64,000 bases of DNA, from contig OY760175.1 in assembly GCA_963663165.1 (NCBI GenBank), forward strand, positions 2,656,001-2,720,000. Direction: 5' to 3'. The stretch's first letter is position 1. Every line of letters starts with the position of its first letter. This document shows, one piece after another, positions 20,253 to 28,856 of the stretch. The notes under the pieces were generated by a model that made no database searches, had not been told where the DNA came from, and saw nothing but the letters and a program-made list of their open reading frames with translations. Source of the stretch: an uncultured Desulfospira sp. GTDB lineage: Bacteria; Desulfobacterota; Desulfobacteria; Desulfobacterales; Desulfobacteraceae. The position numbers were made by a program, and so were the translations under genes.

Positions 20253-20774
20253 TCCCTGAAAAGTAGATCCGTAAAAACAGGCCACTTCTGATTTAACCGG
20301 AAGATGGCCTGTTTATATTTTGACCTTAATTGATTAACGCAATTTTTCGCCTGGATATACCTGTGAAAATCAGGGAACCACAGATTGTTTTTGAATCTTT
20401 TTTGAACCGTTACATTAATTTGCAACTTTCAATATTTTTGACTGCCAACCTAACCTACTAAATTTATATGAAAAACCATTTCTTTTTTGAAATAATGAAC
20501 GAAAAAAAATCCGTTACATTATTTGAATGTGAGCAGGCGGATCTTACGCAAAGTGGTTTCTATCGGCTTACAATCATGGGGGACATCGGGAATACGCCGC
20601 TGACGGTTACCGCTATGACGGGCAACGGGAAGTGTGACCATCCCTTTTTGCTCAAGTTTTCTCAGCATGCTTCGACAGGCCATGTCCTTGAGCAGACCTT
20701 TTTCCGTGCGCCAATCCCAGCGAGCACACAATTCTTTGGATAAACGAGTGCGGTGCCAGGCGGGATTGTCGTTA

Positions 20775-22155
20775 GGGATGTGGTAAAATTAAAACCCACA
20801 ATTCATTCCTCATAGCATGGAATATCAACAGCCCATTTTTCAATCCCTGGAATCCGAATAATTTTGTTTTCTATATTATTCACGGCGGACTTGACCAAAC
20901 GTACCCCTGTCGGGTAAACACCTTTGATTAATTTGACGACAGGATTTTCTCCTTTCCATGTCATTGTTCGACATAGACCGAGAACCTTTTCAATTTTGTT
21001 CAGCAATTCGCCTTTCCAATGATTTTCCAAAACACCCCAAACTCGCTCTATTGGGTTGTATTTACTGTGGTACGGGGGATAGTACACCAAACTAATATTT
21101 ACAAATGCTGATTTGGCAAAGTCCACGAGGCGACTAATGAATTGGCTCCTTCGGCTACTATTTTCCGGCCCATTATCAAGATTGATCACCAGTGTATGTG
21201 GGGCGAATCTTGCGTTCAAAGAAGGCCAGAGTGATTCCAGCGCATCAATCATGAAATCAGAGGTGATGTTGCTTTCAGTGAAGTACATATAATTTTCATC
21301 CAGAGCAGGTATGTTGATACCGAAAAGTTTCAAAAGGGAATCGGGTTTAAAATCATGGTCCGCCGCTTTAAGATTGCAACGACTATATCCGCCTCGGGAA
21401 TAAGGCCCTATTTTAATAGTGGCTTTTGCGTCCATTGAGATACGTAAAACGCCATCTGTTTCATCGGCTAGTTGGTTTGTCCTATGCACATATTCAAAAA
21501 TGATGTCTGTTTCAGGAATTTTTTTTTTACCTTGGCTTTGGCGACCTTCTTCAGTTTAAAACCCAATTTATTCATTATGGTGGATAGAGTCCGTACTGTT
21601 GGCATATTCTCAGGGTCATATCCCATGTCGTCAACTAATCGACGGAATACTTCATTCGCAGATATTGGGGAATATAAATTCTGGGTACGGAATGTAGGAT
21701 CAGTCTGACATATAGGGTTTACAATACGAGTTATGTCCTCTTTTAAATTCGGAAAATGTTCTAAACACGATTTCCGGCCTCGTCCGGAAAAATTATCAAC
21801 ACAGGTAACTCCGCTTTCTATTTCCCGTCGCCCTTTGATTATTGTTTTCCGATCCCAACCCAGTTCTCTTTCAGCCTTTAGTTGTCCGCCGTGCCCCATA
21901 AGGGAGACAACGCGTGCCATGAATTGGCGCCGTTCATGGCCTTTTAATTTGCTTCGAGTGGTATTCAGAAAATCCTTTAGTGGTGGCGTTAATTCCGATA
22001 TAGTTTTGGGTAAATTGTGCTTAGAATGATCAAACATGGTCCTCCTGTATTTTTTATGTAATCTTCCATGTTGACCATAAACTATCGATTCCATGTTGTC
22101 TATAGAAATCAGAATTCAGACTATGGAATTGTGGATATTAATTTTTCTGAGGCCC
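20775..22155 (-). mobile_element. ISAzo13-family insertion sequence
   Basis: 3-bp duplication TTA at 20772-20774 and 22156-22158; ends GGGCCTCAGAAAAATTAA / GGGATGTGGTAAAATTAA. Confidence 0.88.
20803..22094 (-). CDS. ISAzo13 transposase in two ORFs joined by a -1 shift at an A10 run near 21519-21528
   Basis: ISMDAKA, LDNGPEN, YYPPYHSKYNPIER; KKIPETD read in the -1 frame. True start may be downstream of 22094. Confidence 0.85.
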
Positions 22156-22332
22156 TTAATCAAATGGCGTATCGTTTGTATATCAACTTCTGAAAATTCA
22201 CGTCCTTGAATGGTTAAAGTCCTGCTCATGCAAATCTATATAACCTTTCATGAGCCAGGAGTCCAGCTTTTTTTGGGAGGGCAGAGTATTCAATGCAGCA
22301 TGAAAAACGGAAAAATTGGATACATGTCAGTT

Positions 22333-22570
22333 CATGCCACTAAATGGGATTGCACCCCAGCGCAGGTGCAAAAACTGCCACGATCTATACATGCCGGATT
22401 CCCGCCATTTGAAACGACAAAAGTTCTGCAAAAAACCGGAATGCAAAGGCGCCAGCAAAAAACACAGTCAGCAAAAATGGCTGAATAAACCAAAAAACCG
22501 GGATTATTTCTCAGGATCAGAACATGTGACCCGTGTCCGGCAATGGCGCCAGGATAATCCCGGTTATAAG
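22333..22570 (+). pseudogene. Truncated Cys-rich MGE-associated hypothetical gene
   Basis: RRCKNC..QKFCKKPECK..RDYFSG..RVRQWRQDNPGY, cut at the palindromic element at 22571; start uncertain. Confidence 0.6.
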
Positions 22571-22711
22571 GGTCATGGGGGTCAAACCTGGTCATGGGGG
22601 TCAAACCTTGATTATTTCCTTTTAACATTAGCCGCATCTATCATATCCAAGCCTGCGCATAATGCTATAATCAAGGTTTGACCCCTTTCCCTCTGCTCCC
22701 TTTCCCTCTGC
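22571..22711. repeat. MITE/REPIN-like element with perfect 19-bp inverted repeats and tandem duplications at both ends
   Basis: GGGGTCAAACCTTGATTAT 22597-22615 vs ATAATCAAGGTTTGACCCC 22667-22685. Confidence 0.85.
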
Positions 22712-22905
22712 CAGACGCAGGCCCATTGAATAGTTTGTAAGCAGGAAAACCCGGTAGCGCAGTTTACGCGTTGCGCCGATCAGATGTTCCACCTCGCCGG
22801 GAGTCAAAATATCCGGGATGGTTTTAACTTTGGGCGGCTTGACAATATTCAACCAATTCCATTCCTTTTTTAAAACGAATTTCCAGAAATGCTGAAGTCC
22901 CAGAC
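22705..22905 (-). pseudogene. Internal fragment of a tyrosine recombinase (type often paired with IS91-like transposases)
   Basis: LQHFWKFVLKKEW..KPPKVKTIPDILT..YSMGLRLAE, truncated at both ends. Confidence 0.7.
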
Positions 22906-22998
22906 GATGAATTAATATGGGGTTCCAACAATTCTCTTGCTACCCATAGGACCTGTTGCAACTATCAGCACCGTGATAAACCCGCCAGCCGCCAATCT

Positions 22999-23060
22999 GA
23001 CTTTTTCGGACTGAATTCCGGAAAAGTCTTGACTATTTCGGAATCGGTGTCAAAATAGTC
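22999..23060 (+). promoter_or_regulatory. Two 30-bp palindromes overlapping a sigma70-like promoter
   Basis: GACTTTTTCGGA-N6-TCCGGAAAAGTC and GACTATTT-N14-AAATAGTC; TTGACT 23029, CAAAAT 23051. Confidence 0.6.
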
Positions 23061-23063
23061 GTC

Positions 23064-24197
23064 ATGGAACGATATCTCACAAAATATATTAAGGAAGATT
23101 TAGATAAAAAAATCATCCTGCTGACTGGGCCACGCCAAACCGGAAAAACAACGCTTTCAAAAATGTTGGGGAATGATTTTGATTATTTCAATTATGACAA
23201 TGTTGATGACAGAATAGGCCTTAAAGAAAGATCCTGGGACAGGTCAAAGCCCCTGGTTATCTTTGATGAACTGCACAAGCAGAAAAATTGGAAATCATGG
23301 CTTAAGGGAATTTATGACAAGGAGGGCATCCCGCCGTCACTGCTCGTTACAGGCAGCGCCAGGCTAGATACGTATAAAAAAGTTGGGGATTCCCTGGCAG
23401 GGCGATTTTTTCAATTTAGGTTGCACCCTTTGGATCTTAAAGAAATCAACACTTATTTGAAACCAGAAGACCCTGAAGCTGAACTAGACAAACTATTATC
23501 GATTGGCGGCTTTCCTGAACCTTTTTTAAATGGAACAAACCGTTTTTATAACCGTTGGAAAAGATCTCATCTTGATATCATTTTAAAACAGGATCTCATT
23601 GACCTTGAGAATGTTCAGCAAATCACTCAGATTGAAACCTTGATTCAATTGTTAAAACACCGGGTGGGAAGCCCCGTTTCATACAGCTCCCTGGCCCAGG
23701 ATCTGCAATGTTCAGACAAAACTGTAAAAAGGTGGTTGACGATACTTGAAAACATGTATGTACTTTTTAAGGTACCGCCCTTTCACAAAAATATCGCCAG
23801 GGCTATTCAGAAAGCGCCTAAATTTTACTTTTATGATACGGGGCAGGTCTTAGGTGAACATGGGATTAAGCTGGAAAATGCAGTAGCCTGCGCCATTCAA
23901 AAAGAGTTGCATTTCCGGGAGGATTGCCTGGGAGAAGAAGGAAAACTGTATTATGTGAAAAATAAGGACGGCAAAGAGATTGATTTCTGTATTTCAAAAA
24001 ACAACACCCCTTCACTGTTAGTGGAGGTTAAGTGGAACGACAATAACTTGAGTCCAAATTTTGATTTATTTAAAAAATTCTTCCCTGAAATTAAAATGAT
24101 CCAAGTTTCTAAGAAACTTAACAGGGAAAAGACTTTTCCAAACGGGGCAGCAATCAGGCTTGCATCAAAATGGTTGTCAAAATTAACCTTTTTCTGA
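23064..24197 (+). CDS. AAA_14 + DUF4143 ATP-binding protein
   Basis: GPRQTGKT, IFDELH, VTGSA, SLAGR, GGFPE, PKFYFYDTG, EIDF..LVEVK. Confidence 0.92.
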   Translation: MERYLTKYIKEDLDKKIILLTGPRQTGKTTLSKMLGNDFDYFNYDNVDDRIGLKERSWDRSKPLVIFDELHKQKNWKSWLKGIYDKEGIPPSLLVTGSARLDTYKKVGDSLAGRFFQFRLHPLDLKEINTYLKPEDPEAELDKLLSIGGFPEPFLNGTNRFYNRWKRSHLDIILKQDLIDLENVQQITQIETLIQLLKHRVGSPVSYSSLAQDLQCSDKTVKRWLTILENMYVLFKVPPFHKNIARAIQKAPKFYFYDTGQVLGEHGIKLENAVACAIQKELHFREDCLGEEGKLYYVKNKDGKEIDFCISKNNTPSLLVEVKWNDNNLSPNFDLFKKFFPEIKMIQVSKKLNREKTFPNGAAIRLASKWLSKLTFF

Positions 24198-24205
24198 AAA
24201 GTGCT

Positions 24206-24254
24206 TTTCAACAAACCAAATACACACGGGCAAGCCGGTGATGTTGGAATTAGC
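24206..24254 (+). other. Degenerate attC-like site after the ATPase gene
   Basis: TCAAC-AAAC-CAAATACAC..CCGGTGATGTTG..ATTAG; imperfect arms. Confidence 0.35.
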
Positions 24255-24306
24255 TTTTAAATCAAATCTCTTGACGAACGCATCAAAAAAATGCATATAG
24301 ATACAT

Positions 24307-24507
24307 ATGAGAACTACACTTAACATAGACGACAAAATCTTGGAGAAAGCCGCGATTTTAACAGGGATCAAAGAAAAAACATCCTTGGTTCATCTTGGCC
24401 TTGAAGCGTTAATTGCACTTGAGAGCAGTAAACGCCTTGCAATGCTTGGTGGTACAGAAGAGGCTCTAAAGAACATTCCCCGTAGAAAATCCACAGGGGA
24501 AGCATGA
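24307..24507 (+). CDS. vapB: VapB-family antitoxin
   Basis: MRTTLNIDDKILEKA..EKTSLVHLGL..RLAMLGG; ATGA overlap with PIN gene. Confidence 0.88.
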   Translation: MRTTLNIDDKILEKAAILTGIKEKTSLVHLGLEALIALESSKRLAMLGGTEEALKNIPRRKSTGEA

Positions 24508-24866
24508 TCCTTGTAGACACGTCGGTATGGATTGATCATTTCCGAAAAAGTAACGCAAACCTGCAATCTCTCCTTATGAAAGGACGTGTTGTATGCCATG
24601 AGCTTATTATTGGCGAATTGGTTTGTGGAAATTTTCAAAATCGAAAAGAAATTATAAGCTTATTACAAGCTTTGCCCCAAGTCCCTCAAATAAGTTTTGA
24701 CGAGTATTTATATTTTGTCGAGAAAAGGAGTCTTTTCGGCAAAGGTATAGGATTCATTGATATTCATTTGTTGGCTTCGGCAAGATTGTCACAATCGAAG
24801 CTTTGGACTCTTGATAAAAGGCTTAATAAACAGGGTGTTGACCTTGAAGTAGATTATAAAATTTAA
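24504..24866 (+). CDS. vapC: VapC PIN-domain toxin
   Basis: ILVDTSVWID, IIGEL, IDIHLLASA, LWTLDKRL. Confidence 0.92.
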   Translation: MILVDTSVWIDHFRKSNANLQSLLMKGRVVCHELIIGELVCGNFQNRKEIISLLQALPQVPQISFDEYLYFVEKRSLFGKGIGFIDIHLLASARLSQSKLWTLDKRLNKQGVDLEVDYKI

Positions 24867-24926
24867 GCAAACAAATGAATCGAGAGGGACGTCTCTGACG
24901 AACGCCCCTCATTCATCGCGTTCTCT
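24866..24926 (+). other. attC-like site after vapC
   Basis: AAC-AAA-TGAAT(C)GAG..CTCATTCA-TCGC-GTT with one bulged base; R boxes deviate from consensus. Confidence 0.55.
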
Positions 24927-24944
24927 CAATAGCAATTTTTATTA

Positions 24945-25241
24945 TTAATCAACCAGAAGGGAAGCCACTGGATTGCCTCTGCTCAAAAAGGCCCTGAACT
25001 CACTTGAGATGTGTTCATCGTGTTGGACATTTTCCCAAAAGTCATATGTCAATCGCCGTAAGCGGGTGATGTCGTTTCGATTGAGCTCCGGATCAGGGAT
25101 TTCCAAGGTATCAAAAAAGAATGGCTCGACCTCGCCGACACTTTTTGGGGCAAAGCCCATGGAACATATATCAAGCAGGGTAATAGTTTAAACATCTCCT
25201 CGTCTATGGATAAGCTGAGGTTGCCCAAATGCATGTCAGAT
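24945..25241 (-). pseudogene. C-terminal fragment of a HipA/YjjJ-type kinase toxin, frameshifted
   Basis: SDMHLGNLSL..FKLLP then DICSMGFAP in another frame; cut at the palindrome at 25242. Confidence 0.7.
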
Positions 25242-25476
25242 TCGGGGGACACGATATAAAAATATTGGCAAGCCGATTTTAATTTTGTTTCGTGTCCCTG
25301 GAATTTCTCGTGTCCCTGGAATTTCTGTCCCTGGAATTTCTGTAGACTGCGTAGACTGGGGTCAAACCTTGATTATTGACTTTAAACCTCGAGATTCTCG
25401 GGGGACACGATACTAAAATATTTGCAAGCCAATTTTAATTTTGTTTCGTGTCCCCGAATTTCGTGTCCCCGAATTT
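25242..25476. repeat. Cluster of REP-like palindromic units with stuttered ends
   Basis: Two ~60-bp GGGGACACGA..TCGTGTCCC units (25242, 25398); GGGGTCAAACCTTGATTATT at 25358-25377. Confidence 0.85.
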
Positions 25477-25598
25477 CCAAAGAACTTACCCCTGTAATAT
25501 ATGGTATAAGTTCTCAAATTTTAAGATTTGGGACGAATTTCACATATGGTGGTCCGATATGAATCATTCGACCGGTCAATTTTATATTAATACCAGCC

Positions 25599-25669
25599 GA
25601 ATCGTCTTAATACGTGATCCATATGCCGGGTGGCGGGGCCTCTCAATGATGGGGGCGCCTTATCCCGAT
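25599..25669 (+). other. Degenerate group IIC intron domain V-VI remnant
   Basis: GAATCGTCTTAATACGTGATCCATATGCCGGGTGG..GGGCCTCTCAATGATGGGGGCGCC-TTATCCCGAT. Confidence 0.55.
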
Positions 25670-25673
25670 CCGA

Positions 25674-26315
25674 TTATTTTTTTTCTGTCACATACAGTTG
25701 AAAAGGAACTGCTTTCCCTTCCATTTGAAAGTTCTCTGCTACAAACTCTATTTTTTTTAACGAAGAAAACCCATTGTCTTTAATCAGGTCAAAAAGGTAC
25801 TTGCTGCTGTGCTGATAATTTACCAATCCGTTTTTGCCTGGCGGCTTTTGGATAAATTTTGATTCCTGTTGACCGGTATTCTCTTCGATAATAAATGCAA
25901 ATATTCCCCTTTTTTTTAATATCCTCGAAATCTCAGAAAATAAAGCATCCAATTGGGGAATAAAATATAGAACAGCGTTGGCACTTACGTGGTTAAAATA
26001 ATTCGTCTGATATGGCAGTGGCGTATCGTTCAGGTCAAATTGCTGTAAATCAGCCGCTATATTTTTTTGTTTACAGACTTCAAGCATTTGTGCTGAATAA
26101 TCAAGGCCGTAAATTTTTAAACCGGCGTTGTGAAATGCGGTTGCGCTCAGTCCTGTGCCGATACCGATGTCTAAAATTTTATCATTTGCTGCCAGGAATT
26201 CATAAACCATTCCAAATAAAATTTCAGCGCCGTACCATTTCTGCTTTTTTACTGCGTCCTCATATTTTTCTGCAAATTTTTTTTTGAAAAACAAATTCTT
26301 TTCCGGGTTCATCAT
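25674..26315 (-). CDS. Class I SAM-dependent methyltransferase
   Basis: ILDIGIGTG, GLDYSAQML, ISRILKKRG. Confidence 0.88.
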   Translation of the reverse strand: MMNPEKNLFFKKKFAEKYEDAVKKQKWYGAEILFGMVYEFLAANDKILDIGIGTGLSATAFHNAGLKIYGLDYSAQMLEVCKQKNIAADLQQFDLNDTPLPYQTNYFNHVSANAVLYFIPQLDALFSEISRILKKRGIFAFIIEENTGQQESKFIQKPPGKNGLVNYQHSSKYLFDLIKDNGFSSLKKIEFVAENFQMEGKAVPFQLYVTEKK

Positions 26316-26321
26316 AAAATA

Positions 26322-27095
26322 TCACCGGGCCACGATGACTTTAAGGCCGATGGCCTCGAGTTCCTCTTTGAATTCTTTTTTAATTCCGGCATCGGTGATG
26401 AGCATATCGACTTTCTTAATGGGGGCGGTCACAAAGTTGGAAACCACGCCCATCTTGCTGGAGTCTGCCACGACCATCACCGGCCCGGATGTCTGGTCGA
26501 TCATAAGCCGGGCCACGGCGGCCTCCTCCTGCACCGGGGTGGTCAACCCGTATTTGATGCTCACCCCGTCCACACCGATAATGGCCTTGCTGCCGCATAC
26601 ATTTTTCAGGGTGCTGTGGGTCAGGTCCCCGATCAGGGAGTTGGACTGCCGGCGGTACTGGCCGCCGGTGAGGATGACTTCGATTTCAGGGTTTTGAATC
26701 TCGGACAGGGCATTGGCATTGCTGGTGATGATGCGGATGCCCCGGCCGCTTAAATGACGCAGGACCTGGGAATTGGTGGACCCGGTATTGATCAGGACGG
26801 TGTCACCGGCCTCAATGAACTGATTGGCGGCCATGCCGATCTTTTCTTTTTGCAGACGCTGGGTCTGGTCCTTTTCCGAATATAAATACTCCCCTTTGAC
26901 CCGCCGCCTGAGAATGGCGCCGCCGTGGGTCCGTTCTAAGATCCCCTTTTTTTCAAGTTTGTCAAAATCCCGCCGGATGGTCAGCTCCGTCACTTCAAAC
27001 AGGTGGCTCAGTTCGGTCACCTTGACGATTCCCTTTTCCTCGATAAGGCTCTGGATTCTTGACTGACGGTCCAATGGGATAAGGGATTGGGGCAT
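26322..27095 (-). CDS. DeoR/GlpR-family regulator
   Basis: VTELTIRRDFDKLE..RTHGGA, VILTGG, VADSSK. Confidence 0.93.
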   Translation of the reverse strand: MPQSLIPLDRQSRIQSLIEEKGIVKVTELSHLFEVTELTIRRDFDKLEKKGILERTHGGAILRRRVKGEYLYSEKDQTQRLQKEKIGMAANQFIEAGDTVLINTGSTNSQVLRHLSGRGIRIITSNANALSEIQNPEIEVILTGGQYRRQSNSLIGDLTHSTLKNVCGSKAIIGVDGVSIKYGLTTPVQEEAAVARLMIDQTSGPVMVVADSSKMGVVSNFVTAPIKKVDMLITDAGIKKEFKEELEAIGLKVIVAR

Positions 27096-27310
27096 GCCGG
27101 GTTCCTTTAAGACAAATAAAAAACATATACCAGAATTTTGCTTGAAGAATCAATCCCACCATTTCTTTATTACCGTTTGATCATTTTAACAAAATCATGT
27201 CCCTAAATATTGATCCGGACACACTTTTACGGTAGAATTCATTAAATATTTCGCATTACTTTTTGTGTGGTGCATATTTAATAATCACCATTATTTAATA
27301 AGGAGGTCTC

Positions 27311-27886
27311 ATGGCAAAGGATGATGAACTGTTTTCAGGTCCGTCCGTGTTTGACCTTCGGGGAAAGCAGTCGGTCAGGGCAACCTTCAGGTTGTCCCAG
27401 AAGGCCATTGACGCCTTAGGCCTTGTGGCCGTCCACATGGGGATCAAACAAAAATCTTTGTTTGACCATATTATTGAGGACATGGAGGCCCTGGATGATC
27501 TGGCCAGAAGTATCCGGATCCGGCAGTTTGAAAAAATCCCCCGGCGGCAGAAGACCTTTGTTTTAAGCCGCCGGACCGTTGATGCCCTGGCCAGCATTTC
27601 CCAGTCCCACGGCATGCCCCGGGATGCTCTGGTGGAGTATTCCATTAAAAAGCTGGAAGCCATTATCCAGGCCGAGCGGAGGCGGCACCAGGAGCGAAAA
27701 AAACTGCGCCAGGCCCTTTTGAAGCATGTAAATGAGGGCGAGGCCCTCTATGCATCCGCCGCAAAGGCTTTGGGACCGGATGATCCGTTTTGCAGAAAAA
27801 TGGAACGGTCTGTTCTCGCTGCCCGCAAGACCTTGGAAGATATTGATTTGTTTTTGGAAAAGAGCATGGTTCTGGAAGATTTTTAA
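27311..27886 (+). CDS. Hypothetical protein with two RHH-like segments
   Basis: AGGAGG RBS; ATFRLSQKAIDAL.. and KTFVLSRRTVDAL.. Confidence 0.75.
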   Translation: MAKDDELFSGPSVFDLRGKQSVRATFRLSQKAIDALGLVAVHMGIKQKSLFDHIIEDMEALDDLARSIRIRQFEKIPRRQKTFVLSRRTVDALASISQSHGMPRDALVEYSIKKLEAIIQAERRRHQERKKLRQALLKHVNEGEALYASAAKALGPDDPFCRKMERSVLAARKTLEDIDLFLEKSMVLEDF

Positions 27887-27907
27887 ACTAGGTTTAGGAG
27901 GATCCAA

Positions 27908-28852
27908 TTGATTGAAATTCAAAACCTGACAAAGTACTACAACGACTTTTGTGCTGTTGACAACATCAGCCTGTCCATCCCCCCGGGTGAAATCCTCGGG
28001 CTTCTTGGACCCAACGGGGCGGGCAAGACTACCAGCTTGAGGATGCTCACCGGGTATTTCAAGCCAAGTTCCGGCACCATTAAGGTCAAAGACTATGAAA
28101 TGCCCAGGGACACCCTCAAGATCAAGTCCCTGATGGGGTACCTTCCCGAATCCGCCCCCCTTTACCACAACATGCTGGTCTACGATTACCTGGATTATGT
28201 GGCCAGGATCAAGGGGATCACGGCGCTTTCAGAACGGCAGGAGCGGTTTAAACAGCTGGCCAAAACCTGCGGGCTGTCCTCAATCATGGCCAAGCCCATT
28301 GCCAACCTGTCCAAGGGGCTGAAACAGCGGGTCGGCTTAGCCCACGCCATGATGACGGATCCCGAAATCCTGATCCTGGACGAGCCCACCTCAGGGCTTG
28401 ACCCCAACCAGATCGCTGAGATCCGGGATATCATCCGGGCCATCGGCAAGGAGAAGACCATTATTTTTTCCACCCATATCTTGAGTGAGGCCGAGGCCAC
28501 CTGTGACCGGATCGTGATCATCAACAAGGGAAAGGTGGTGGCCGACGATTCCACGGAACACCTTAAACAGGGCATGGACAATGCGGCCTATATCAAGCTG
28601 TCCCTGATGGGGGCCGACAAAGAAAAGGCCATAAACCTGTTAACCTCAATGGGGGAAGACCTGTCCGTTGAAGCCATTCCGGCATCAGAGCCCGGCGCTC
28701 TGTCTTTTGAAATCAGGACGCCCGGGGATCAGGACCTGCGGTCATCCATTTATCTTAAAATCAAGGAAACCGACTGGATCATTGTTGAACTTGCCAGAGA
28801 ATCCCAGGCCCTTGAAAAAGTCTTCCAGGACCTGACAAGGGAGGAGGCGTAA
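27908..28852 (+). CDS. ABC ATPase (GldA-like)
   Basis: GPNGAGKT, LSKGLKQRVG, ILDEPTSGLDPNQI; TTG start with AGGAGG. Confidence 0.92.
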   Translation: MIEIQNLTKYYNDFCAVDNISLSIPPGEILGLLGPNGAGKTTSLRMLTGYFKPSSGTIKVKDYEMPRDTLKIKSLMGYLPESAPLYHNMLVYDYLDYVARIKGITALSERQERFKQLAKTCGLSSIMAKPIANLSKGLKQRVGLAHAMMTDPEILILDEPTSGLDPNQIAEIRDIIRAIGKEKTIIFSTHILSEAEATCDRIVIINKGKVVADDSTEHLKQGMDNAAYIKLSLMGADKEKAINLLTSMGEDLSVEAIPASEPGALSFEIRTPGDQDLRSSIYLKIKETDWIIVELARESQALEKVFQDLTREEA

Positions 28853-28856
28853 CCCC

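Larger units (their letters stand above)
16258..20535 (+). mobile_element. 4278-bp transposon with TG...CA ends, DDE transposase, AAA ATPase and three upstream genes
   Basis: Left TGCTAAGATTCAAAAAATGTAACG vs right reverse complement TGCTCACATTCAAATAATGTAACG (21/24); subterminal copies at 16304-16317 and 20407-20422. Confidence 0.8.
20536..22229 (-). pseudogene. DUF4338/DruA-like gene split by ISAzo13 and truncated by the transposon end
   Basis: MSRTLTIQGREFSEVDIQTIRHLI rejoins in frame with NDNPAWHRTRLSKELCARWDWR..MACRSMLRKLE once the IS and one TAA are removed. Confidence 0.75.

Noticed and set aside
16258..20535. CAST or Tn7 proper
   Set aside because: No cas, TniQ/TnsD or TnsA recognisable and no array
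20536..22229. Functional Druantia defence system
   Set aside because: Only a disrupted N-terminal fragment; no partner genes
25242..25476. Repeat cluster as CRISPR
   Set aside because: Irregular tandem stutters without unique spacers
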